DNA of 63,715 nt, filler included, from Reticulomyxa filosa (taxonomy: Eukaryota; Protista; Foraminifera), in NCBI GenBank assembly GCA_000512085.1. It is 16 parts of 16 records of this genome, joined end to end, with 100 filler letters (N's around TTAATTAATTAA, not from the genome) between each part and the next. Parts side by side here need not be neighbours in the genome. Positions count along the whole stretch, not along the records: positions 37,536 to 39,810 come from ASPP01001778.1; positions 39,911 to 41,103 come from ASPP01012342.1; positions 41,204 to 46,677 come from ASPP01002080.1; positions 46,778 to 47,898 come from ASPP01018335.1; positions 47,999 to 49,670 come from ASPP01028750.1; positions 49,771 to 53,392 come from ASPP01022150.1; 10 more parts are not named here. One strand, written 5' to 3'. Each line of letters starts with the position of its first letter. The first letter of the stretch is position 1. This document shows positions 38,232-50,095 of the stretch, piece by piece. The translations under genes and the position numbers were made by a program. The notes under the pieces were generated by a model. That model saw only the letters and a list, made by a program, of their open reading frames with translations. It searched no databases and had not been told where the DNA came from.

Positions 38232-38652
38232 ATGGAAGATAAACCGGAAAGTCGCATCAAGGTATTTGCACGTTTGAAAAAAAAAATCGGATTTTAAAAA
38301 AATTTTCCACTCAATCCAAAAAAAAAAGATGTATCCTTTCCCTGATGCACACGCAAAAAAAAAAAAAAAGAGAATGTTTTCAATGCGCAACTTGAAAGAA
38401 TATATGTTCGAATGCTCAGTGGACGGAAGCAAACGAGTGGTAAAGAAATTGGAAGAGTTGCAAGCGCACCAAAAGCAATTGGACGGTGAATGGTGCTGTG
38501 GTGAACATTTATGATATTTTGTGGGGATTTACATTGGATAGCTTTGTGAAGATATGTTTTGGGTACAGTTTGGAACTGATTGAAAGTACGCCCAAAGAAC
38601 ACTCATTCAGTCAATCGTTTGACTATTTGAGCGAGCACGACGCAAGTCGATG
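38232..38652 (+). pseudogene. Cytochrome P450 fragment (helix C-F region, CYP86/CYP704/CYP52-like)
   Basis: WKINRKVAS|intron|RMFSMRNLKEYM (WxxxR helix C), then after a frameshift VVNIYDILWGFTLDSFVKICFG...FSQSFD. No heme motif downstream. Confidence 0.7.
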
Positions 38653-39989
38653 ATTATATCGGATCAAGTCTTTGCTCTCGTAGTACTGCAGGCATCGAGC
38701 GTCCACTGCTTCCCACGCGTTCAATCTAAGGGTTATTATCAATACTACTACCACCGCACGTAGTCCTCGGATGATGCTTTGAATTCTGAGAAGTGATCCT
38801 TTGAATACAAGTACTCTATATATAAATATGTATATATACATATTTATATACTTTTATAAATTTACACATTTGTAATTCGCATTATTGTGCATAATACACA
38901 CGCACAAATTCATAGTATACGTATACATATAGTTACAAAATTGACACCTAATCTTCTCATCCAAAATAAAATTTCAAAGCAATAGACAATCGAAATAAGT
39001 GCTGCCGCAAAAATCCCCCTTGGCAATAATGAACGTAATTTAACCACCAACCTTGCCCATCGCAAACGGCAAATACGAGCGCTATCGACAATAGCGTCAA
39101 CGCAGTCCTATGGTAGAGCGTTGACAGTATTTGAAGACTTGAATTTGCGATATCACCCTTCCACCAGTGGTAGTAATAGTATAAAACCACTACTATGCCG
39201 TTATCAATCACTGTTTCAACTATTTTATCACTTTTTTTTTCAGGGCTTCCTTTCGTTCGTGCGCAACTCACAGAAACGCTGCTGGTCTTTTCTAACGCTT
39301 CAGTCACTGTTATCATTGCGTTGCCTATTTCCTCTATCTCTTCATCGCTACAAATCACTGGCTTGTTCAACCGATGTTTTTCTATCCCATTGTCCAAACT
39401 CTGTTTGCTTACATGCTTTGTCATATTCCGGTTTTCTTTCTTGTTTTGGGAACACAAACTTTTTGGTGGTTCTGTCAAGTCTTCATTTCTCTGCTCTTTT
39501 ACTGCACTATTGCACTGCATGCGCTTTATTCCTTTAGCATTACTTAGATATTGCTGAATATCCATCAATGGCGTTCTACTCAACATTTTTGGGTGTCCCA
39601 AACTTTTCTATAAATCGTTAAAGTATTACACTCTACAATGCTTACACACATTTTTTTAGCAGCTAACACTATCTTAGCGATTAATGTTATGTATAATTCG
39701 TGATGCTAACGTAGATACCTGACTATTTTTAAAATAACAATATACAAAAAAAATACTGTTAGTTAAGATAGAACCAGTAAGTACTGTTGGCAGTTTTTTC
39801 TTAAAAAAAANNNNNNNNNNNNNNNNNNNNNNNNNNNNNNNNNNNNNNNNNNNNTTAATTAATTAANNNNNNNNNNNNNNNNNNNNNNNNNNNNNNNNNN
39901 NNNNNNNNNNCGGGTTTTTAAAAACCCGGAATTCAAACCCTTTCGGTTCCAACCTGTGTGTATGTGTATGTATGGGTTATTGTTTCAGT

Positions 39990-40738
39990 TTAACTAATTT
40001 TTTTTTTTTTTGGAGAGGAAGAGGGGAGGAGAGGAGGGGGGGAGGGGAAAAAAAACTGACCTTGTCTACTCAATGGTGGAAGCGAATGTTCCTCCGAGAA
40101 TACTGGGGAATGAATTTCCTTTGAGCTTCTGGACAGTATATTTCCAACAGGATACGTTGGAACTTCATTATCTTGTTCATCATCGTGTCTAAGTGAAAAA
40201 ACATCCACATATGTACATATAATGTATATGTACATATATATATATATAAATAAAAGAATTGAAACTTGATAGTGGTCTCAGCTCGACTTCGTGATGAGCT
40301 CTGCACTTTACCCTTTGTACGTGTATTACTTGAGTCGATGACATCACTTTCTTCATGTGTTTCAGAGAATGGAGTATCTTCGGATTGAATAACAAAGTTA
40401 TCCATCGACGAAGACTCCAATATCCCCGGCTTTGGACTTTGCTTCGCATACTCGTCCAACTCTTGCATCTGCGTCTGTGACTGTGACTGCGATTGTATCT
40501 GTGATTGTATCTGCGTTGGTGCTTGCATTGGAGACTGGAACAGTTTATTTTCTCGAGCTTCTGCGTACAGCATGGCATGTAGGCCATTTGCCAAATCGCC
40601 ATCAAAGATGGAATCCAAGCGTGACAACAACTCGGATCGATTTCTCTCTCCTTGTTGTTGTTTTGATCAATTGATCGATCATTTTCTAAATGTTTGGTGT
40701 TGCTTTCTTCCTGTTCAAATTTTGTCGGATATATGTAC

Positions 40739-40769
<31 letters not shown>

Positions 40770-41069
40770 CGTATGTATATATGTATGTGCATATTGCCCG
40801 ATGTCGCACAAACCATTTTCTCTTTGTTTCTTTGGAACTGCGCTCGCTCTTCATCCAGTACTTGTTGCAAGTTGTCGATTCTGGATTTAAGCAGCGACAC
40901 TTCCTCTTCCAATGGCCGCAGATTTTCCAGCTCTTGTTTGTAGCGATTACATTTTTCTTCCAACAATTGGCTCGTTCGTTTGTATTTTGTGTACAGTTGA
41001 TACAAATCCTCTTTTTCTTTTTCGATTTTTTCCATGTCCTGCTGTGACTTTATAAAAATAAACGTATAC

Positions 41070-41071
<2 letters not shown>
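39990..41071 (-). CDS. Multi-exon coiled-coil protein fragment
   Basis: EKEKEDLYQLYTKYKRTSQLLEEKCNRYKQELE heptad-like segment. Exons are separated by (TA/TACA)-microsatellite introns. Confidence 0.45.
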
Positions 41072-41103
<32 letters not shown>

Positions 41104-41203
41104 NNNNNNNNNNNNNNNNNNNNNNNNNNNNNNNNNNNNNNNNNNNNTTAATTAATTAANNNNNNNNNNNNNNNNNNNNNNNNNNNNNNNNNNNNNNNNN
41201 NNN

Positions 41204-41230
<27 letters not shown>

Positions 41231-41246
<16 letters not shown>

Positions 41247-41706
41247 GAACTGAAAGGATATGATGCATTGACTGATACATGGGAACAAGAAAATGGACCA
41301 AGACAATCAATGGATACCACATACGGGTTACTAGTGCTGTCGTGACCGTGTCTCGTGTTCGTCAGCTGTATTGTTGTATTTTCACATGACCTGACTCCCG
41401 AACAGTCAATCCAATGCTCTTCTCCTTTCTTCTCACCCCCGTCGATTTTTATCTTACTGTGCGCACACGAGGCTTCCTTCGTACATCTCAAGTCTTCAAA
41501 ATTTTCCAATGTCTTATGTGCACATTCATTGCCATCTTTTTTATTTTTTTTTTATTTTTTTTTATTTGGATGACATTTTTTTGTAGTGACATCCGGGCAC
41601 GTCTCCTCTTTCTTCTAAAATCTTTTTAACTGCAACGTATTTCTTTTCGGCAATGGTCAATACCAAGTGACCACAGCACTAAACAAAGCATAAACTTTAA
41701 TGTCAT
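41231..41706 (-). CDS. Secreted Cys-rich (CxGxxSC repeat) protein, 5' part
   Basis: ATG 41706 MTLKFMLCLVLWSLG signal-like, then CTKEASC, CSGVRSC and CLGPFSC repeats. Confidence 0.5.
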
Positions 41707-41979
41707 TATCAGCGAGTTATAATGAAACACAAGTATTCGCTTTCAGGTTGAAAGTGACTTTGCTTTTTCCAGTTTTTTTTTGTTGTTGTTGACAAAAAAG
41801 TGAAACAACTCAAAGACGATCCAAAAAGACACATTAACTTCAATGTGCTGACTGATGTAAACAGGCTTTTTTATTCAAAATCATTTTTTAAATGATCATT
41901 AAGTTTCGGACGCTCATCATAGAATAAGAAAGAGGCATGCTTGTGTTTCTTTATGCGTGAAAAAAAAAGTAAATTAGGC

Positions 41980-42370
41980 TCATTTGGATCATTACTCTTT
42001 TAAAAATTTGAAACATTTGAAAAAAATGGATGAAATTTCGAAACCTTTACACAGTCCATTGTATCATAGTGTTCCAATACTGAGTGAAGACCACGCTAAT
42101 ATACACATCATCGGATGACAAAATGATAAGAATACCAAAGTACTAACTCATACAAAGACAAAATTTCGTGTATGGGACGCTTCACAGTTGGTAATTTTCT
42201 TTTTGGTCAAACAAATACATTTTATTACATAAAAACTGATTAACAAATAATAAACAGTCAAAAAACGAAATAAAAGTTGTTATTCAACATTGGACTCGAA
42301 ATTTGGAGATAAAATTAAAATGAATCGATAATTTTGATCAAATTATTTTTAAATACAGTAGAAATAAATA
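41980..42370 (+). pseudogene. Kelch-box gene 3' remnant (box at C-terminus)
   Basis: ILSEDHANIHIIG...THTKTKFRVWDASQL, an intron, then SKNEIKVVIQHWTRNLEIKLK*IDNFDQIIFKY followed by a stop. Confidence 0.7.
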
Positions 42371-43200
42371 AATAGAGATAATTGATTTTTCCATAAAGAA
42401 CCAAAGTTAAAATATCTATAAATCATGTCGTCTTTAAATATGTTTTTGATTGTAAATTTTAAAAAGAGTTGACAGTTATGTCTCATAAGTATGAAATTTT
42501 TTTAAGTATTTTAATCTAAAAGTAATTCAATAAATACCAAAACAAGACAAAATTTTTTTTTGTGTTTCTCCAAAACATTTGTCTTGAACAACTTCAACAA
42601 ACATTCCCTGAGATAAATAAAGCGATCATTTTAGAGTTATTCAATTTATATATTTAAAATATAGAAAAGATAAAGCTGTCTTCTTTATTCTTTTTTTTAA
42701 TAACAATAAAATCATAAATATTTTAAAAAAATTATTGTTCACATATTTTGTCAATATGAAAATTGGACTATATAATTGCATAAAATCGAATTATATGTTC
42801 TTGTCAATTAATCTAAAAAGTTCAATTTTAATTTTTCAAATTAAATTAAGTTTTTTATTATCTCTTAAAATGAAGACTATAAATTATTTATACTCAGAAG
42901 GGTGAATTTTAATTTAAATTTTTCATCTAGTATTTTTTCTGAAGTGGATTTTTAGAAAAGGGTAAAATTGGAGTAGAAAACAGAGTCAGCCACGAAAATT
43001 AAATAAGTTGAAAAAAGGACAAAGAATAAAAATAATCTTACATCGCGTTCTATTATGCAAAAAAGAGTTACATATATTGTTAAAATCCGTTTTTCATGTC
43101 GACAAAATATTTTTGAAAAACCCCTTTCTTTGCTATCGAAAGGAAAAAAGTCCAATATTTTCCATTTTACATTATCAAAGATCTTAAGAAAAAAAACAAA

Positions 43201-43815
43201 ATGACAACTCTTAGCAATGAGAAACGAACATCAACACAACTAGCGTTGGTAAGTTTTAGTACAAGCTTTCAGAAAATCTATTGCTTTTTTAATGATTCAA
43301 ACAGTCTGAAGAAGAAAAGGTTCAAGTAATCATGCAGCATTGGGTTCGAATATTGCAAATTAAATTAAGATGGATTAATGAGTTTGACAAACTTGTTGTC
43401 AATTATGTTAGTTCATTTGTTCTTTTTTTAAATATGAATCAAAATATTCAAATGACTATTTAACATAGACATCTAACTTCTTCATGTTTGATACATTTCG
43501 CTCGTCATACAAATTAATCAATACATTCACTGGACATACAAACGCTGTGTGTAGTATTGATTATTCAATACTTGATGATTGTCAACTTATTTGCTCTGGA
43601 TCATATGAAACAGTTAGTGTCATATGATAATATAATTCATTTTCGGGATATTCGATCAAATAAGAATGAATTGTATATGATCAAAGGGATAAGAATGAAG
43701 ATTACGGAATAACTTGTCTTAAATTTATTGGATTGAAAAAGAAAGAGAAGACAAAGGATGTCAAATATGATTTGAATTTGTGTTATGGTTTACGCAAAGA
43801 TCCCATTCGTGATAA
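43201..43815 (+). pseudogene. Box-WD40 pseudogene with the internal WD40 array deleted
   Basis: Same three-exon start as 691 (MTTLSNEKRTSTQL; SEEEKVQVIMQHWVRILQIKLRWINEFDKLVVNY; FDTFRSS). The first repeat jumps to the last repeat near 43620. Confidence 0.8.
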
Positions 43816-44019
43816 TTTACTTTTTGTTGAATAAGAAATGAAAGTTTTTTTTGAAACGCTTGATTAAAAGAAAAGTAAGGTGATATTAAATTTGTTTAAT
43901 TTGATTAAATGCAAGCATTGAAAGATGTGTTTTATTTTACTTGCTGTTTAAAAAATTGAAAAAGCTGCGTTCAATTTTTTTTTGAAGAATTGAAAATCAT
44001 AACAAATAAAAATTGTATC

Positions 44020-44410
44020 CAATATCAAAATAAATTGCAAGACATTTCAAGTATTGCATCTTTTGTATAGAATCAAACAAGATTGTTTTTGTATTAATTC
44101 ATAATGTATTTCTTTTTTGTTTGAAGAGCACGTGATATTTTAAAATTGAAATCTTTTCAAATAATGCAATAATAGATATAAGAAAGAGAAAAGATGTCCC
44201 AAATTGAAAGGTATGCAGCAAAGTGAGAACAGCTCTTTTGATCACTAAATGTACATTGAAATGAATTATATTGATCACTTATAAATATTTTATCCAATTG
44301 TGAATTATTGCAGATGGAACATCGACAATGTAAGAATATTTTTAAAAACGACAAATGTATGACTTTGATGAAATGATTTTTAAATATGTTAAGTTATTTA
44401 ACGATATAAT
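44020..44410 (-). repeat. Dispersed repeat X copy
   Basis: Reverse complement aligns closely by eye with 48675-48988. ORFs 44157-44354 and 48720-48914 are near-identical. Confidence 0.85.
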
Positions 44411-45643
44411 ATTTTATCAAATAAACACAAATGAAATATTTTTACGAATAACATCCATTATCCTCTTTATTGATTTATCTAATTTGATGTTGATTTTTTT
44501 ACAAAGATATATTTTCTAAAATGAATGCAATATTACCAAATCCAATATTCAACAGGTTTTCTTGCTGCAATATGCTTGTAGATTGATTTCTCCAATTTCT
44601 ACTTTTCCATTTCCTTTTGTACAATCTTGTTATTGTCATTAGTTTCATTTACTGTACGCTCTTGTTCTTGTTTCTATTCATTATTTCAAACATGTTGATA
44701 CAAAATATGTATCAATATAATGACTTTGTGTTTCTTTAATTTATTTGTTTTGATTTTTGATTCTAATTTGTTCTTTAAAATAATAACATATTCCAATATT
44801 GATAGAATTAATTTTTTTTTTCAATTGATTGTTGGACAAGACCTTTAATCATCGCTTCAATATTTTACAATGATGATATATTTTTTCTTCGGCTCTTCCC
44901 TTATTTGTTTTATATTATCATGCGTGTTATCATTTGGATACCAATATAAAAAATATTTCAAGTGGCATTCCTGTGTATAATTACCATTTATCAAAGTTTC
45001 TCCTTTTCTATTATTCGAAAATGCTAATGTAAACAAAATAAAATATATAATAAAATATCAAACTCTTTTATCTTGTTTCCTTTGTCGGAATTATGTAATT
45101 CAACCAAAAATAGTCATACAAAGATAGTAATTAATACTTCATCTTCCATCCAACTTCAGAGTATTATGGAGTTACATGAAATGCTTGAATTGAAACCACA
45201 AATAACTCTTGTCAAATTCAATCATATGACAAAAATTTAATGGTAATAGCTGTGTCAATTTATGCTATGGTTCAATTTGTGTTTGGAGATGAACATAAAG
45301 TTTGTTTTAAATGAATTTATTCATTTCAATATTGTTTTATCAGATAATCTTGAATATGCATTTCTAGAAAAGCTACTCAGTTTTCCTTTTTTCTTTTTCA
45401 TAGGTTCAGAAATGATGGAGCAAGCTCGTTTCATTTTTAACAAAAAAAAATTACTCAAAGGTTGTACTGGTAGCAAATTTTTTTTACTTTTAATCCTTTT
45501 CTGCATACCAAAAAATTAGAGTTGGCCACAACAAAACTTCCCCAGTTCAAGAAAAACTTCAAAAAAAAAAAAAAACTTCATAATCAATTCATCTACATCA
45601 TCTAACCAAGAGACCAAGAATTAAAAGAAAGAAACTGAGTAAG

Positions 45644-46010
45644 ATGGAAGACGAAAAAACCAAAGACAATGCGAAACTGGACTTGAAGTCAGTTTTTCAA
45701 CAACAGTCTTGCTTTGACAAAAATTGGATTTTACAATTGAACCAGCATGAAGACATTCACGAATTTATTTGTTTGATTTGCAAACAAATCGCTAACAACC
45801 CAATGGAAATAAATTGCACTAAACATAAAAACATGGATGAATCATTGATCGTCGGAGAGAATTGCTTGAAGCAATTTCTTAGTAAAAATCCAAATTCTTG
45901 TACAGTCGAACATCATGATAACTGTTTGTATTTCAAAGTCGAGTGGCGAAACAGTACATTAATGAATTAGATGTGATATGTCCACGACAATTTGAACAAG
46001 ACAAGAGCAA
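45644..46010 (+). pseudogene. Degenerate RING/TRAF-type Zn-finger gene N-terminus, frameshifted and truncated
   Basis: [19 protein letters not shown]...IVGENCL...C.VEHHDNC, frameshift ~45935, then [15 protein letters not shown]. Confidence 0.65.
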
Positions 46011-46169
46011 CAATTACAAGTCAATACATAAAACTGCACATTATAGAGATAATTGATTTTCTTCACGAAAAAATAACATCAAGACTTAATTTTTTTAAAT
46101 TTTTTTTTAGCTAAGTATAGTTCGATATTTGAGTTTTTTAATCATTTTTTTTTGAAAATTGCTAAATGA

Positions 46170-46530
46170 GTTGAGAATTTTAACAAAGAAAGTGCTGTTT
46201 ATCTGTTGCATCATGGCTGGAGTTTGCGCAAAGTTGCAAAAAAATTTTGTGTAAGTCATGAATGTGCATATATTTACAAAGAAATTCTATGTGATGAAAT
46301 GCTCAAAAGCATTTATTGGCGTTTAGAAGATAATGAAGATTGGATATTTCAGCAAGATAATGAAAATATCAACACAACAATTACAGTAAAAGAATGGTTT
46401 GAATAAAATGCTATCAAAGTATTGTATTCCACTTCAAATTCTACAGTACTGAAAATCTATTGCAGATAATGAAAACAAAAATATAAAAATAGAACATTCA
46501 GATCAAAAGAAGAACTTTGAGAACACCATT
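46170..46530 (+). mobile_element. Tc1/IS630-family transposase remnant (internally deleted)
   Basis: HTH GWSLRKVAKKFCVSH fused to YKEIL...WIFQQDN...VKEWFE*NAIKVL, matching Tc1 FQQDNAxxHT...WF. Confidence 0.7.
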
Positions 46531-46777
46531 AGTGTGACCAGTACAAATATATTGGGCTAGAAGACTAGTTTGCATTCGAGTGCAGACCAACATAGTCTTC
46601 ACAGCAGCACGCGCATACGATTGCTATATCCGCTGTCGGCCAAATCGTCGGACAACTCTGCTCCAACGTCTCGTGCGNNNNNNNNNNNNNNNNNNNNNNN
46701 NNNNNNNNNNNNNNNNNNNNNTTAATTAATTAANNNNNNNNNNNNNNNNNNNNNNNNNNNNNNNNNNNNNNNNNNNN

Positions 46778-47287
46778 CCATTTCACGCACTTCTTCCGGC
46801 TTGACGCCCAGCTGTTCGGCGATATCCAGTGCTTCTTTTCAGACAGCGCCGAAAAGCCCTGCTTCATGCTGCGCAGGTTGAAGAACAGTTTGCGCTGCGG
46901 CTTGGTGGTGGCAATACGCACCAAGCGCCAGTTGCGCAGGATGAATTCGTGGATTTCGGCCTTGATCCAGTGCACGGCAAACGAGAACAGACGCACGCCG
47001 CGGGTGGGTTCAAAGCGCTTTACCGCCTTCATCAGGCCGATATTGCCTTCCTGGATCAGGTCGGCTTGCGGCAGGCCGTAACCAGAGTAGCCGCGGGCGA
47101 TGGATACCACCACGCGCAGGTGCGATAGCACCAGACGCTTGGCTGCTTCCAGGTCGCCGTGCTCCTGCTGGCGAGTGGCAAGCTCGAACTCTTCTTCCGG
47201 CGTCAGCATCGGAATGCTGTTCACGGTCTGGATATACTGTTCCAGGCTACCGTTGGCGGAGAGTACTGGCAAAGCAATCGTGGTCAT
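46778..47287 (-). CDS. rpoH: RNA polymerase sigma-32 (bacterial, 3' truncated; homopolymer frameshift ~46836)
   Basis: [35 protein letters not shown] and the RpoH box [17 protein letters not shown] upstream of ATG 47287. High GC. Confidence 0.97.
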
Positions 47288-47321
47288 ACGCGGATTATCC
47301 TCATGGAAACCTGAGCTGATC

Positions 47322-47348
47322 TTAGCACTCTCGTTATGAGAGTGCCAG
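47322..47348. promoter_or_regulatory. CIRCE operator (HrcA site) upstream of rpoH
   Basis: TTAGCACTC-tcgttatga-GAGTGCCAG versus consensus TTAGCACTC-N9-GAGTGCTAA. Confidence 0.9.
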
Positions 47349-47396
47349 AACAGCACAGGTTCCCGTGATGGCATTTTTAAATCGGGGTGATAGCGA

Positions 47397-47898
47397 TCAA
47401 CGGGCGCGCAGGCGGCGCAGATGGTGGTCTGCGGCCAACCTGGCACCGATGATGCCCAGGGCGATGGTGGCACCGGCCAGCAGCAGTAACTCCTGCGCCG
47501 TCAGGCTGCGCAGCAGGATGCGTTCGTTATACAGCTGGGCAAAACCGTCCAGTGCCGGCGCTGCCTGCGCCACGAACACACTGCACAGTGCCCAAAGCAC
47601 AGCAGCGTGCTGAGCACACCCTGCCAGACGGCGTAGTACATGAACGGCCGGCGGATGAAGCTGTCGGTGGCGCCGATCAGTTTGGCCACTTCGATCTCTT
47701 CCTGTCGCGCCAGGATCTGCATGCGGATGCTGTTATGGGTAATCAGCATCAGCGCCAGGCCAAAGCTGATGCCCAGGAACCACGCCAGTTGCATGGCCAG
47801 CTCCAGCAAACCGTGCAGGCGTTTGGCCCAGGCCGCGTCAAACTGCGCTTGCTCAACCATCGGCAGCCCGGAAAGCTCGCGCTGCAGCATTTCCAGCG
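47397..47898 (-). CDS. ftsX: Cell-division ABC permease FtsX, C-terminal half (frameshift ~47597)
   Basis: WAKRL...[31 protein letters not shown] signature. ftsX upstream of rpoH is the usual proteobacterial order. Confidence 0.93.
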
Positions 47899-48674
47899 NN
47901 NNNNNNNNNNNNNNNNNNNNNNNNNNNNNNNNNNNNNNNNNNTTAATTAATTAANNNNNNNNNNNNNNNNNNNNNNNNNNNNNNNNNNNNNNNNNNNNCT
48001 AGATTGTCATATGAATTGAAAGTAAATAAAATAAGACAACACGCAATGAATAGCATTAGTGAAAGAGATGTAAACATACAAAATAACAGTTGTGAGACCA
48101 TCAAGTTTAAAAGGAAGTGAAAGATCATTAGAAAAAGATTCAAGCAGATTATGGTAGTGATCTTAGTCAAGCACTTGATATTGTTGCAATCATATGGGAA
48201 AAGACAGAACAAACCTAATAATCAAATAGAAGAAAAAGAAGTAAAACAAGCAAGTAATAAAGCATTGACCAAAATCAAACTGCCACAATTAAAAGGAGTC
48301 AATAAAGAATAAATCAATGCCAAAAATGATATAAAACTAAAGCTGATTTAATTTGTATATAAATTCAATTCAAAGAAAAAGCTAGTTATGTAATTTTATT
48401 TGAATATTTCAAGAAATATGTTAAACATATTCAACAATTATCTATCAATTGCAAATTATTAAATGAAGAATTTGGAACTTTAATTTTTTTGTTTTAATGC
48501 TATTCATCAAATTTAATTTGATATGAAGAAATTATCTAATTAGAACGAGATTTCAGATTGGCCTTTTATTCAATTCTCTCTTATCAGCTCCGTTGTTATG
48601 ATCAAAATAAATTCTTCATTATTTAATCATAGGAAATTTTTGTTTCTTTAAATGCTTTAGACTAAGTTAAATAC

Positions 48675-48988
48675 TATATCGTTAAATAACTTAACGTATT
48701 TAAAAATCATTTCATAAGTTTGTCGTTTTTAATAATATTCTTACATTGTCGATGTTCCACATGCAGTAATTCGCAATTGGATAAAATATTTATAAGTGAT
48801 CAATATAATTCATTTCAATGTACATTTAGTGATCAAAAGAACTTTCCCTCACTTTGCTGCCTGCCTTTCAATTTAGGACGCCTTTTCTCTTTCTTATATT
48901 GTTGCACTATTTGAAAAGATTTTAATTTTAAGATCCATGTTCTTCAAAACAAAAAAGAAATACATCGTGAATTAATACAAAAACAACC
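48675..48988 (+). repeat. Dispersed repeat X copy
   Basis: See 44020-44410. Abuts an inverted WD40 tail fragment. Confidence 0.85.
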
Positions 48989-48994
48989 GTGTTT

Positions 48995-49093
48995 TAGACA
49001 AGTTATTCCATAATCTTCATTCTTATCTCCTTTGATCATATACAATTGATTCTTATTTGATCGAATATCCCAAAAATGAATTATATTATCACA
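48995..49093 (-). pseudogene. WD40 last-repeat fragment, near-identical to 43625-43720
   Basis: Reverse complement reads DNIIHFWDIRSNKNQLYMIKGDKNEDYGITCL. Confidence 0.75.
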
Positions 49094-49335
49094 TGTAATT
49101 CAGATGGGAAAAAAAAAGTAAAATAATACACAATTTATTAACTTCTTTTTTTTTTGTGAAGAAAATCTGTTATAAATATGGTTTTGATTTTTATTTTATC
49201 TAAAGGAAATGAATGTCGTAAATAATGTTTGCGAGAGAAAAATGATTTAATCTCGTATTTGATAACTTATTCAAATCAAAATATTTTTTTGGAAGTGTTA
49301 GCATATTTATTTAAATTAAAAGAATTAAATCATAA

Positions 49336-49670
49336 ATGTATCCTGTGAAATTTTCATCATATCATTATTATAATCATCGTCAAAATGTCATTTATTCTTC
49401 ATCAAATGACAACATCATTCGTTTTTGGGACTTCAAAAATAATAAACAATTACAAATATTTAATGGACACACAGAAGGTGTTTGTGGAATTGAATTTTCA
49501 CCATTTAATAGCGGTAGATATTTGTGTTCTGGATCTGTTGACAAAACTATTCGTTTATGGGATGTTAAAACATCAAAATCATTACATGTTTTCAATGGAC
49601 ATGAAAAAATTGTTTGGTGTGTTGATATTTCACCATTACAAAACAATAATGACAATGATAATAATAAAAT
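49336..49670 (+). pseudogene. WD40 gene internal fragment
   Basis: VKFSSYHYYNHRQNVI...GHTEGVCGIEFSPF...LCSGSVDKTIRLWD. The 5' part is missing and the 3' end is cut by a spacer. Confidence 0.75.
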
Positions 49671-49927
49671 NNNNNNNNNNNNNNNNNNNNNNNNNNNNNN
49701 NNNNNNNNNNNNNNTTAATTAATTAANNNNNNNNNNNNNNNNNNNNNNNNNNNNNNNNNNNNNNNNNNNNTTAATTACGATTCGTTTATTTTTGATATTT
49801 TCAATAAAAAGACAAAGTACGTGTACTTGTTTAGTTAAACTTTTTTTGGTTACGCATAACCCGAGAAGTAATAACAGCATCCATTGAAATGTCACATACA
49901 AAAGAAGCGAAAACAGATGCTTCTTTG

Positions 49928-50095
49928 CTTTACCTTGGGTTACTGGAAAATTCGAGGCTTGGCCCAGTCTGCAAGGCTGATATTGATGTACGGAGGTCAC
50001 AGCAATTTTGCTGCACCTACCTTCAATCGTTCGAAATGGTTGAATGTTAAATTTAAATTTGGTTTAGAATTTCCAAATCTCCATTATCTGCGGAG
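49928..50095 (+). pseudogene. Mu-class glutathione S-transferase N-terminal fragment
   Basis: TLGYWKIRGLAQSARLILMY...APTFNRSKWLNVKFKFGLEFPNLHYL, including the mu-loop. Internally deleted and decays downstream. Confidence 0.85.

Noticed and set aside
38957-39601. 214-aa minus-strand ORF
   Set aside because: No ATG start, no domain signal, and composition changes midway. It cannot be supported as a gene.
39911-39928. Perfect 18-bp palindrome CGGGTTTTTAAAAACCCG
   Set aside because: It lies at the extreme contig end in low-complexity sequence with no second copy seen, so it is probably an artefact or chance.
46730-47473. 247-aa ORF as an N-terminally extended RpoH
   Set aside because: The extension overlaps the ftsX end and the CIRCE. 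The RBS and homology point to ATG 47287.
46170-47898. Transposon-mediated HGT of rpoH into the eukaryote
   Set aside because: The Tc1 relic and the bacterial DNA are on different contigs separated by a spacer, so there is no physical linkage.
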